Shown piece after piece: positions 1 to 11,854 of a DNA stretch of 64,000 bases; position 1 is the stretch's first letter; each line of letters starts with the position of its first letter. The DNA comes from the human T2T-CHM13v2.0 reference genome, Homo sapiens: the NCBI RefSeq assembly GCF_009914755.1, contig NC_060937.1; one strand, 5' to 3'. The position numbers were made by a program, and so were the translations under genes. Under the pieces are notes generated by a model that worked only from the letters and a program-made list of their open reading frames with translations, ran no database searches and was not told the origin of the DNA.

Positions 1-363
1 TCCCTGCAGTGGCCCAGCCACAGCTCAGGGCCAGGAGGCTCCTGCAGGCACAGGCGGCCGATGAGTCCCTTCCAGGCCTGGGCCTGGGGCAGCCTGCCAT
101 GTGCAGTAGACACTCAGTACTCACAGAATACGAGCAACCTCATGCTCTCCGCCGGCTGAGTTCCTGTGCGGCTGAGAGAACCCCCTGCATCATTCTGACA
201 CAGGTGCGCTCCTGTGAGCCAGCATGACACGGAAGGACACACACATGCAGGTGGAGATGGAGATGCTGGGCCGGGCTTGGGGGTCATACAGACAGGACCA
301 GGGGCTCTGACCTGCTGGGAGATTTGGGGCCAGCATTCCAGGACTGAGAGAACAGATCCCTGG

Positions 364-780
364 CCTGGGGTGCTCTGGGGCTGAGGATGGGCCCCCACCT
401 GGGCTGAGGACGGGCCTCCCCACCTGGGCTGAGGACAGGCCCCCCTACCTGGGCTGAGGACGGGCCCCCCAACCTGGGCTGAGGACGGGCCCCCTGACCT
501 GGGCTGAGGACTGGCCCCCTGACCTGGGCTGAGGACAGGCCCCCCAACCTGGGCTGAGGATGGGCCCCCCAGCTGGGGCACTCTGGGGCTGAGGACGGGC
601 CCCCCACCTGGGGCACTCTGGAGCTGAGGATGGGCCCCCACCTGCGGTACTCTGGGGCTGAGGACGGGCCCCCCACCTGGGGCACTTCTGGGGCTGAGGA
701 TGGGCCCCCACCTGCGGACACCCCGGGGCTGAGGATGGGCCCCCACCTGGGGTACTCTGGGGCTGAGGATGGGTCCCCTA
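364..780. repeat. Minisatellite with mixed ~22-bp and ~33-bp units (GGGCTGAGGAYGGGCCCCCACCT[GGGGCACTCTG])
   Basis: Tandem copies are visible directly. Confidence 0.9.
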
Positions 781-2890
781 CTCCAGCAGTTCTGGGATAT
801 TCTGGGCTTCAAGAAGCCTCCAGTCGTGTCAAGCAGGTTTTTGTTTAAGCTCTAACTTGAGAGTGAAAATAAATGTTCATGGGAAATGTGACTTTTCATG
901 AGTCGCCTAATGTCAAAGTCGGTGTTTCCTAAGTCAGCAACTTGGTTTTTATTAAAAGCATCTGAGAGAATGAACCGTCTGTCTCCCAAACCACCAACTT
1001 CCTCCTGCCCCTTTCAGTTTCTAACCCCAAATAACTTCTCCCCTCCCGAAAAACTTTGGAGCTGTGGAGACATTTCTTGGTTTAGTCATTTCTACTACAC
1101 AAAAGTACTATTTTGGGGGTGATTTACATCTTGCAGTATGAACAGAAAGAAACCTCCCTGTCTTTAACAAACACCCACTGCGTGCACACAGGACGGGACG
1201 GGCTTCCACCCAGAAGAGCTCAGAGCCTGCCCCTCAGGGCTGCCAAGTGAGGGTCCCTGGTGATGTCTGATGTCCTCGTCTGCCTGGGAAGACCCAGCTC
1301 TCCTCGCTCAGCTCTAGAAGATCTATCTGTTCCTTGACTTGTAACTTCTAATTGTACATAAAACACACAAACAAAAGAACAAGAACTCCCCCATAATTCC
1401 ACTTCTCAGAAATCACATCACATTGACGTTTTTGTCTGCGTATCCAGATCATTTTGGGGGTGCTCATGATTTTTTAAACAAAAGAACTTTTCCTACAGAC
1501 ACAGCTTTGTAACCTAACGCATAACCAGCTTTCGGAGCAGGAGTTCAGGCCGTGGCACCTCTGGGTGGAGGGGGCACAGAAACCAGCCACGCCTGCAGTT
1601 TCTTCCTGTTGTGGCCACGGCCCCTTCTCCCCGAGATGGGCATGCAAATGAACCCTGCAAAGGACGCAGGAGCAACTCCACAGAAAGGGGGGGCCAGGGC
1701 TCCGCGTGGGGCAGAGGGCTTTGCCCAGCCTCAACCCCAGTGGCAGGGGGTAGGGTCAGACCCAGAACCCTGAGGCAGAGCCTCCCTGAGCCAGGACTGT
1801 CTGCGTGGATGAGGGTTTGGGGAGAGGTCGGCCACGTGGGCGCAGAGGAAGCAGGCAGGGACAGACACCATTCCACGTCCTTACGTGGATGGAAGGAAAT
1901 GAGGACACGACACTTACTGAATATTCTTGCAAATGACTGGACTAACCCAGCAAGGAGAGATTTAGGTTCTGTTGTGTGTGACGCCAGCTGTTCCTTTCTG
2001 CTGGACAAGACGGTGATTTCCACTGCAGCGCAGCCTTGGGGAGCGGGGTCATCTCCTTGTTTTAGGGTCGTGGGTGCCGGCCCAGGGGAGGTCCAGGGCG
2101 GGAAGCTGGTTCCCAAGCCCCAGCCCTGCCAACCCAATTTCAGGGAGCCTTTTAGTTTAAGTAAATAAGGAAACAAATAGTGGCTGCCCTTTAAATGATT
2201 AAAAATGATTGCTCTAAAAGGTATGGATTGTGAACACAGTTCACTCTCAACCTCAGAAAATTATTTTTCTAGTAGGACAGAAACTGCCAAAATCACTTCC
2301 TTGGAGAAGGGCCAAGGCCAGAGAGAAAGGGCTTGTTCTCTGAAATGTGTCCACTTCGATGCGTTCTGAAGTTAAACCTGTGACAGACACTGCCCTTCAA
2401 CCTCCACCTTGAAAAATACAGAAAAAAGGGAAGACAGAGGACGCTCTCCCCAGACGTCGGCTCAGCACTCGATAAAGAGGCCCCACAGACTCCAGGGCCT
2501 CGGACGCGCGGCCCAGGGGCCCGGGCCACACGCAGGGAGGAGGCGTGGGGGACACAGGCCTGAGGTGGAGCTGGGTCGGTAACCTCCTTAGTGGGAAAGA
2601 GGGAAGAAGAGAAGCTGAGTTCCGCCTTTCCTTCCTCACACATTCCATTTGCAGCTTCCTGCTAAGTCAGACGGCGATATTGGGCAACAGCAAATCAAAC
2701 TTGACCCAAGTGCTTCTCCCCAGGGAATGTGAGAAGGGGCTCCTGCCCGGCTGCAGACCCAGCGGCCAGAGAGCACCCTGGGGCCCTTCTGAGCTCAGAG
2801 ATGCAGACGTGGGCTTTTTTCTTTCCACAGCGACTTTGCCAAATGAACCATCAGACCTTAAAGGTGACACTGACCTTGGAGGAAGCACAC

Positions 2891-3941
2891 GGGGGGCTGG
2901 GAGACTCAGGGACCGGGAGACTTGGGGGGCTGGGAGACTCGGGGGCCGGGAGACTCGGGGGCCGGGAGACTCGGGGGACCAGGAGACTCAGGGGGCCAGG
3001 AGACACAGGGGCCAGGAGACTCAGGGGTCGGGAGACTCGGGGGTTGGGAGACTTGGGGGTCGGGAGACTGGGGGGTGGGAGACTGGGGGAATGGGAGATT
3101 CGGGGACCGGGAGACTCGGGGAGCCGGGAGACTCGGGGAGCTGGGAAACTGAGGGGGCCGGGAAACTGGGGGGCCAGGAGACTCAGGGGGCCAGGAGACT
3201 TGGGGGGCTGGGAGGCTCGGGGGCCGGGAGACTTGGGGGGCTGGGAGACTCGGGGGCCGGGAGACTCGGGGGCCGGGAGACTTGGGGGGCCGGGAGACTC
3301 GGGGGCTGAGAGACTCAGGGGACCAGGAGACTCAGGGGGCCAGGAGACTCAGGGGCCAGGAGACTCGGGGGTTGGGAGACTGGGGGGTGGGAGACTGGGG
3401 GGTGGGAGACCGGGGGGAAGGGAGACTCGGGGACTGGGAGACTCAGGGAGCCGGGAAACTGGGGGGGCCGGGAAACTGGGGGTCCAGGAGACTCGGGGGG
3501 CCGGGAGACTTGGGGGGCCAGGAGACTCGGGGGCCGGGAGACTTGGGGGGCCAGGAGACTCAGGGGCCGGGAGACTCGGGGGTCAGGAGACTGGGGGGTG
3601 GGAGACTGGGGGGGTGGGAGACTCGGGGACTGGGAGACTCAGGGAGCCGGGAGACTTGGGGGAACCGGGAAACTGGGGGGCCGGGAGACTCGGGGGCCGG
3701 GAGACTGGGGGGTGGGAGACTGGGGGGTGGGAGACTTGGGGACTGGGAGACTCGGGGAGCCGGGAGACTTGGGGGGACCGGGAAACTGGGGGGCCAGGAG
3801 ACTCGGGGGCTGGGAGACTCAGGCGGCCGGGAGACTCGGGGGTTGGGAGACTCGGGGGGCCGGGAGACTTGGGGGCTGGGAGACTGGGGGGTGGGAGACT
3901 CGGGGGATGGGAGACTCGGGGACCAGGAGACTTGGGGGACC
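2891..3941 (+). repeat. G-rich minisatellite, ~16-17-bp unit GGGAGACT(C/T)GGGGG(C/G)C
   Basis: About 1.05 kb of degenerate tandem units with G3-G7 runs. Confidence 0.95.
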
Positions 3942-4262
3942 GGCCCCAAAGTGGGTGCCACCATGGAGCAAGGAGGGGGCGGTGGCCAGGACTAAACTCC
4001 CCAGCATGCGGGGCAGCCCTGCCTGACACCTGCCTCTCAGGTGGATGTCGACCAATGACTAATACAGGACTCTGTTAATGCATGTGCACCGATGGAGGGC
4101 TTCCGACCACAGATGTAGCGTGGATTCCAGCTGCAAGTTTATGAGAGAGCCAGCTTTTGGGTTCAAGTACCTTTCCTGCCAACTTTTTGTATGGGGTGGG
4201 TTGATTTGCGTTTTGCCCTCACACTACAGGGGCGGCCAGCCCGCACAGCCCTCCAAATGGAC

Positions 4263-4985
4263 AGGGCTGCCAGCGTCCACACTAAACGGTGCCAGTGTTA
4301 CACGTGGGCAGGGCTGCCGGCGTCCACGCTAAACGGCTCCACAGTCTTACACGTGGGCAGGGCTGCCGGCGTCCACGCTAAACGGCGCCACAGTCTTACA
4401 CGTGGGCAGGGCTGCCGGCGTCCACGCTAAACGGCTCCACAGTCTTACACGTGGGCAGGGCTGCCGGCGTCCACGCTAAACGGCGCCACAGTTTTACACG
4501 TGGGCAGGGCTGCCGGCGTCCACGCTAAACGGCGCCACAGTTTTACACGTGGGCAGGGCTGCCGGCGTCCACGCTAAACGGCGCCACAGTTTTACACGTG
4601 GGCAGGGCTGCCGGCGTCCACGCTAAACGGCGCCACAGTTTTACACGTGGGCAGGGCTGCCGGCGTCCACGCTAAACGGCGCCACAGTTTTACACGTGGG
4701 CAGGGCTGCCGGCGTCCACGCTAAACGGCGTCACAGTTTTACACGTGGGCAGGGCTGCCGGCGTCCACGCTAAACGGCGCCACAGTTTTACACGTGGGCA
4801 GGGCTGCCGGCGTCCACGCTAAACGGCGCCACAGTTTTACACGTGGGCAGGGCTGCCGGCGTCCACGCTAAACGGCGCCACAGTTTTACACGTGGGCAGG
4901 GCTGCCGGCGTCCACGCTAAACGGCGCCACAGTGTTACACGTGGGCAGGGCTGCCGGCGTCCACGCTAAACGGTGCCACAGTTTT
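4263..4985. repeat. VNTR, 49-bp unit ACACGTGGGCAGGGCTGCCGGCGTCCACGCTAAACGGCGCCACAGTTTT, ~15 copies
   Basis: Near-identical tandem units with period 49. Confidence 0.97.
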
Positions 4986-5055
4986 ACTCTCTTGGAACTG
5001 TCCCACATGGGTTTCTCTTTCTTTGCTATCAGTCTTTTGTTGTGTGTGTTTTGGG

Positions 5056-5239
<184 letters not shown>

Positions 5240-5915
5240 TGAAATATCTGAAAGACAACAGGCCCCCATTTCTCAACCTCACCTGAAAGAGAGGTTCCCA
5301 AACAGATTCTCCTCCCACTGGCTCTGATTCAGCGGGTCTGAGAGGATCCCGGCCTGAGAAAGACTGCCAGTAATTCTCCAGGCCCACAATCCATAGGCCT
5401 CTAACAACAGACCATTTAAACACAGAATGGACTTTTATCCAGGGAAGCTCCAAAGGCACTTCTGAAGGGCTCGGTCTCTTCCCATTTTCTTCAGAAGAAT
5501 GGCTGTGCCCAGTCATCGCCATGGCAACCCCAAGACACTCTCATAAAGCCAGACTGGGCGCCTGACAATGCCCCTCAGCCTGCAGTTCTTTTTGACGAGT
5601 TATTTCAAAGAACCCGGAGCGTGCATTAACATAACACAAATGACTCTCACTCCTCGGCCTGGAGGGCAGCTGCGCCAAAGCCTTTTGGAAGCACTGTCAG
5701 TGACGGAGTGATATGAGCCCCAGTCTCTCCAGGGCAGGAGACCCCTCACAGTTTTCTAGTAAGTAAACTCACCCAGTCATCAGCATGGGTTGTTCATTCC
5801 CACTTGGAAGTAGCCAGATGCAAGGATATAATTCTTTAGCTAAACATGTTCTCAAAATCAAAATAGCTGTTTTGATCAAAGCACACGACCCATGCTTCTG
5901 AACTGAACGGTGCAG

Positions 5916-6025
5916 TCACAGCTGCAAGGATGTCTTCTCTGATCCCCAAGCCGCTCCTTATAACCCGGTGGAGTCACAGCTACACGGACATCTTCTCTGA
6001 TCCCCAAGCCGCTCCCTTATAACCC
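5916..6025. repeat. Two-copy tandem duplication, ~57 bp
   Basis: gtcacagct...tcttctctgatccccaagccgctcc(c)ttataaccc occurs twice. Confidence 0.8.
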
Positions 6026-6689
6026 AGCCGCCCCATGCTTCCCCTGAGGCCGCAGCACTGAGGCCCTGCCTGGCACACTCTCCCTGGCTTCTCTCTTCCC
6101 ACCCCCGACATAAATCGCCAAGGCTTCCTGTCCCTGTGCATCCCACCCCGTGCCATGTCCTGGTGTTCAACTGCAGTGGTCCTCCGAGTACGGCCTGGCC
6201 ACTTAGCTGGAGCTTTTCAGAAACACAAGTTCTGGTTGTGCTCTGGACATCCTGGGGTCGGCACCCACATCTTCACACGCTCAAGTTGAGGGGGAAACTT
6301 GTTGATTTTAAGAGTTTGTTTTTCTTGGCTGACTCCTCTCTTCCTCAAATCATATCAATAAACACTTTCTAGGCCTCTTACCTCAGTTAACACCCATCTT
6401 CTGTATAGCTATTTTAGAAAATTTTACAGGAAGAGAAAAGCTTTCTCAGTATTTCCCCCTCTCGAAATCCTTAATTTGTACTCTTTTGTGGAGTGCGAGC
6501 TTCCCGGTTCATCTCTAATTAAAAAGCACTCGTGCGAGTCCACGCAGGGGGACCGCCGCCTACATGCACTTCCTGGACAGCGGGAGCATTTAGCCAACAC
6601 CAGTTCACATCCACGCACCACCAAGGACAGAAGCTCAGCTGCCTGCACACCAGAGCCCCAGGGAGCATCTCCTCCTCAAACTAAGCAGG

Positions 6690-7666
6690 AGGAAAATGGG
6701 AAGGTGATGTACATGCTCAGGACATAATCTACATACAGAAAAATTCTCTACACGCGGGAAAATAGGATGGTGACGTACACGCTCGGGACATTGTCTACAC
6801 ACAGAAAAATTCTCTACACGCGGGAAAATGGGACAGTGATGTACACGCTCAGGACATTCTCTACACATGGGAAAATGGGACGGTGATATACACACTTGGG
6901 ACATTGTCTACACATAGAAAAATTCCCTACACGCGGGAAAATGGGACGGTGATGTCCACGCTCGGGACATTGTCTACACACAGAAAAATTCTCTACACGC
7001 GGGAAAATGGGACAGTGATGTACACGCTCAGGACATTCTCTACACATGGGAAAATGGGACGGTGATGTACATGCTTGGGACACTGTCTACACACAGAAAA
7101 ATTCCCTACACGCAGGAAAACGGGACGGTGACGTACACGCTCGGGACATTGTCTACGCACAGAAAAATTCCCTACACGCGGGAAAACGGGACGGTGACGT
7201 ACACGCTCGGGACATTGTCTACGCACAGAAAAATTCCCTACACATGGGAAAATGGGACGGTGATGTACATGCTTGGGACACTGTCTACACACAGAAAAAT
7301 TCCCTACACGCGGGAAAATGGGACGGTGACGTACACGCTTGGGACATTGTCTACGCACAGAAAAATTCCCTACACATGGGAAAATGGGACGGTGATGTAC
7401 ATGCTTGGGACACTGTCTACACACAGAAAAATTCCCTACACGCAGGAAAATGGGACGGTGACGTACACGCTCGGGACATTGTCTACGCACAGAAAAATTC
7501 CCTACACGCGGGAAAACGGGACGGTGACGTACATGCTCGGGACATTGTCTACGCACAGAAAAATTCCCTACATGCGGGAAAACGGGATGGTGACGTACAC
7601 GCTCGGGACGTTCTCCACACATGGGAAAATGGGAAGGTGACGTACACCCTTGGGACATTCTCTACA
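6690..7666. repeat. VNTR, 66-bp unit with 47-bp deletion variants, ending ~45 bp from the exon-2 donor
   Basis: Unit GGGAAAATGGGACGGTGACGTACACGCTCGGGACATTGTCTACGCACAGAAAAATTCCCTACACGC; the ORF track shows the matching 22-aa periodicity. Confidence 0.95.
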
Positions 7667-7712
7667 CCAAAGAAAACACATCAGTGCCAAGTAAAGCAAC
7701 AGAAGACATTAC

Positions 7713-7830
7713 CAGAGTGACTTTTCCACAATTTTGGTCCTGAAAACCTCCTCCTGGTCCAGGTTCACCGTGCAGTAGCAATCCCTCATCTTGCTCGGCC
7801 CCGGGTAAGAGGGAAGGTTTTTGGCTTCAC
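7713..7830 (-). CDS. RASA3: RASA3 coding exon 2 (118 nt, phase 1 to phase 2), N-terminal part of the C2A domain
   Basis: Minus strand reads tactttttag|GT GAA GCC AAA AAC CTT CCC TCT TAC CCG GGG CCG AGC AAG ATG AGG GAT TGC ... AAG TCA CTC TG|gtaatg, giving (G)[38 protein letters not shown](C). Acceptor AG at 7832-7831, donor GT at 7712-7711. Confidence 0.97.
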
Positions 7831-8109
7831 CTAAAAAGTAAAAGCGACATACATCATCAGCAGCGTAGAAATGTTTGTTCCCTGCTACATCGCAGACACG
7901 TTTCCAGCCTTTGCTTGTGTGCATTCACTAGCTCTCTATAAAGCCTTGGTTTTTTTGCCACCACAAGTCAAAATGTGGATGTGCACCCCATGTGTACTGC
8001 CAAAAGGCGAGGGACATGCACGCCACCCTCTAATGCAAGTCCCGCAAGCAGGGACCTGCCAGCCTGGGACTCAGGATTGCTGTGTCTTGTTTACCTGCAT
8101 TAGTCCCTT

Positions 8110-8520
8110 TATTTTAATTTTTAACATACAATTTTCCATCTCTGACCTGCTCGCGTGCACAGTTCTGTGGCATTAACCACGTTCACCGAGTTGTGCAACC
8201 ATCACCACCGTCCTCTCTGGAACACTCTCGTCTTCCCAAACGGAGACTCGGTCCCCATTCAACACTCACTCCCATCCCCCTCCTGCTGTCTCCCAGTGGC
8301 CCTCACCCCACTTTCTGTCTCTGTGGATCTGACTACTCTGGGGCCTCACGTCGGCGGGATCCACAGGACGTGTCCTTTCAGCCCGGCTCACTCTACTCAG
8401 CAAATGTCCTCCAGGGTGGCCCCTGCTGTGGCCGCTGACTGGATTCCCTTCTATTTTAAGGTTGAATAACTTCCATGATGCAAAGGGACCTCGTCTTGCT
8501 TATTCATTTATCCACTGAGT
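8110..8520 (-). mobile_element. Old L1 (L1MA/L1MB-type) 3' UTR fragment
   Basis: acagttctgtggcattaa..ttcac..gttgtgcaaccatcaccacc...ctttctgtctctgtggatctgactactct... matches the antisense L1M 3' end pattern. Confidence 0.75.
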
Positions 8521-9437
8521 CCCTTTTTATTTTGAATTTTATTTTATATTAGGTCAAAGTTGGAGCCAGAATTAAAGGAAAGAGCTCTTTCTTGTGGACG
8601 TGAGTTAACTGTAAACTCCAGCTGTTCGAATTGCCAGTAAAGAGAAGCATCCCAGAGGGACCTAAGCTAGGTCCACCTCTCCCTCCTTCAAGCCCACAGA
8701 GACGCCACCTGGACGTGCTTGAAGGAAGTGGGGCCAGTTCCTGGCTGGCCCTGCAGAAAACGCCCGTGATCCCGGACTCCTTGTTTGCCAGGGGTCAGTC
8801 TGGAGGTCATAACTGAACCCCAGCTGCGACTTCTCTGCTGGAAGCTCGGAGCATGCCCCAGCGGCAAGCCTAACGGCCCAGTTTACTGGAGAATAGGGAG
8901 TGAGCAGGAAGGGATGAGTGACAGCTGTCAATCCAGACAGCGGATGCCCAGTTTAAGTCCATTCTGTAAAAAAAACGCCTCAAACACACTCGCGCCTCCC
9001 CAGGGCCTTTTCTGCCTCCGTCATTTGGCTCTAAAGACGCCTGGCAGTGGCGTCTCCACGACGCAGGATGAGAGGACAGATGCAGGCACAGGCACCACGC
9101 TGAGACCACACCAAGGCTCCTGCTGGCGCCACTCAGGGCCACATCACCTTATTCTTGTTGAAACAAACAAAATCAAAAACGGGAGCAGAGTAGAAGTTTC
9201 TCAGAACCCCACTTCCGCCACTCCGCGCTGAATGTTTCGCGTCAACTCAGCAAGCGCACACGTCATGGCTCACATGGGGCAGTCGGCTCATTTCAAAGAT
9301 GCCAGTTTGCAAACTGGCATGCCAGCAACTCCAAAGGGCAGAGATAAACTCAGTTTGAAGCTTTTTAAAGACTTTTCATCCACAATATTAACCTGAGGCA
9401 CTGTGAGAAGGAGCAGAAGCCCCAGGGTCTGGACAAC

Positions 9438-9918
9438 GCCTCCCGTGTCCGCGCCGCGTATCTCTGCGTGTGGAGGCGCCGGCAGGACGAAGCCGCCCGT
9501 GTCGGCGCCGCGTATCTCTGGGTGTGGAGGCGCCGGCAGGACGAAGCCGCCCGTGTCCGCGCCGCGTATCTCTGCGTGTGGAGGCGCCGGCAGGACGAAG
9601 CCTCCCGTGTCGGCGCCGCGTATCTCTGCGTGTGGAGGCGCCGGCAGGACGAAGCCTCCCGTGTCCGCGCCGCGTATCTCTGCGTGTGGAGGCGCCGGCA
9701 GGACGAAGCCTCCCGTGTCGGCGCCGCGTATCTCTGGGTGTGGAGGCGCCGGCAGGACGAAGCCTCCCGTGTCGGCGCCGCGTATCTCTGCGTGTGGAGG
9801 CGCCGGCAGGACGAAGCCTCCCGTGTCCGCGCCGCGTATCTCTGCGTGTGGAGGCGCCGGCAGGACGAAGCCTCCCGTGTCGGCGCCGCGTATCTCTGCG
9901 TGTGGAGGCGCCGGCAGG
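9438..9918. repeat. CpG-dense VNTR, 54-bp unit, ~9 copies
   Basis: Unit GCCTCCCGTGTCGGCGCCGCGTATCTCTGCGTGTGGAGGCGCCGGCAGGACGAA; 18-aa periodic ORFs. Confidence 0.97.
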
Positions 9919-10369
9919 CGTTCCCAGCAGCACCCGCTGCTGCCCACACGGAGCAGCTCTCAGGGTCTCACTGCTTGCGGCCGTTTCCCGCCAGTGCCCC
10001 CAACACACAGTCTACCTCTCTGGGCCTCAAAGTCCTGAACTGCAAAAGCAAGAGACACAGCAGCTCTCGAAGGCTCCTCCGGCTCTGAGACGCCTCTAAT
10101 TCAAAAGGTTCTGGAAATTTTTATTTTGGGAATCATTAAGGAAGCATCAATGATAATCGGTTGGTGGGAAAAAATGAGTATTTCCTGATAGGCACTGGAC
10201 CCTCAGAACACCTCAACACGGCGACTCTCCCGGGAGGCGCCTTCTTCACCCGCTGCATGGGAGAACACAGCTAGGCTGCTACGAGGCACCTGGCTCCAGG
10301 CCAGGCCTCAGGTCGGTCATCCCATGTCAGAAGACAGGCTTTCCGAAGGCTCCCACCGATGTGAAGATC

Positions 10370-10487
10370 CCACACGCAGCACACGCACACACGCAGCGCA
10401 CACACGCAGCACACGCACGCAGGCAGCACCGCACACACACGCAGCACACGCAGGCAGCACACGCACACACACGCGGCACACGCAGGC
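10370..10487. repeat. Degenerate (CA/CG)n low-complexity tract
   Basis: cacacgcagcacacgcacacacgcagc... Confidence 0.8.
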
Positions 10488-11146
10488 AGGGTGTGTGATG
10501 AGTTCACAGGCACGAAGGGGAGAACATGGCCGGCGAGCTTCTCCAGAGAGGGAAGGGAGCCTGGGGGATGGCAGTTGAGGTTCCCGGAGCAGACGCAGCC
10601 TTCCTGGTGGCCGCGGCTGCCCCTGAATTTGAGGGCAGCCGCAGCACACCCAGCAAGTCGGACAGGGGCCCCTCCAGCCTCCCGGCCCTGTTTTGGAACT
10701 GACGGCTTCTGCAGCAGATAGAAGTCCTTACCCTCAAACACAGCTTGACTTTGCTGACTTTCCTTCTGACACCTTTACAGTGTGACCTGACGCTGACCAT
10801 ATTTCCCTTGGGATTTTACTGGGTTTTTTGTTTTTGTCTTTGGGAGTTTTTTGTTTTTGTTTTGTTTTCTGGGATTTCTTTGTTTTTTGCAACAAATGAG
10901 TGTAGATATTTAGCTGTAAGTTCCTGTGTTTCTTAAAAGGAGAGAGAAAAAAGCTTTTGAAAGTCCTGTGGGAGATGGTGTTTGTGGATAATACGGAACT
11001 GAGATTTGTTCCCACAGGGCCTCAAATCACAGCAGTAACAGCTGGGTCTTCCGAAGGCGGACACTGCAGGACGGAAACACACAAGCTTTCTGTGGAGTCC
11101 CTGTAAGACAGACGCCGTACGACATGAAAAGGCCGGATCCCCCTGC

Positions 11147-11675
11147 GCTGGCGCCAACACACCAGATTCATCCCTCCCTGCCTGATGATGCCCAGTCCCA
11201 CCGCACTGGCACCAACGCACCAGGTTCCTCCATCCCTGCCTGACGATGCCCAGTCCTACCGCACTGGCACCAACGCACCCAATTCATCCCTCCGTCCCTG
11301 CCTGACGATGCCCAGTCCCCCCACACTGGCACCAACACACCGGATTCATCCCTTCCTCCCTCCCCACTCAATGATGCCCAGTCCCCCCACACTGGCACCA
11401 ACGCACCGGATTCATCCCTCCCTCCCTGCCCGACGATGCCCAGTCCCACCGCACTGGCACCAATGCACCGGATTCATCCTTCCTCCCTGCCCGACAATGC
11501 CCAGTCCCCCCACACTGGCACCAACGCACCGGATTCATCCCTCCCTCCCTCCCTGCCCAACGATGCCCAGTTCCCCCGCACTGGCACCAAGGCACCGGGT
11601 TCCTCCCTCCCTGCCCGATGATGCCCAGTCCCCTGGCCCCAAAACACACCAGGTTCCTCCCTCCCCGCCCGATGG
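11147..11675. repeat. Diverged VNTR, ~57-65-bp unit (CTGGCACCAACGCACCGGATTCATCCCTCCCTCCCTGCCCGACGATGCCCAGTCCCACCGCA), ~9 copies
   Basis: ctggcaccaa...gatgcccagtcc motifs recur in tandem. Confidence 0.92.
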
Positions 11676-11828
11676 CCCCGTCTTTACCTCCTTCTCCTTG
11701 CTCACTGTCATCTGGGGCTGAGACTCTTTCTTTTTAATCTACTTTTGCTATGATGCATTTAATAAAAAAAAAAGTGGGGGGACAAAATGCAAGCCCATTT
11801 CCCTGCCTCAGGCTTCTGATGCCATCAC

Positions 11829-11854
11829 CTCCAAGGCACTGGTTTTGTTTCCAA
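11829..11854 (-). other. Candidate 26-nt alternative (frameshifting) RASA3 cassette microexon
   Basis: Minus strand: T16-ctgtttcaatgctttattaacag|TTGGAAACAAAACCAGTGCCTTGGAG|gtgatg. A poly-U tract, CAG acceptor and GAG|GTGA donor are all present. Splicing is inferred, not observed. Confidence 0.5.

Noticed and set aside
2545-4078. Collagen-like or Gly-rich ORFs
   Set aside because: G-rich minisatellite with no sustained Gly-X-Y register.
7709-7924. 71-aa ORF as a standalone gene
   Set aside because: Only 7713-7830 is exonic; the upstream part is read-through intron before the AG acceptor.
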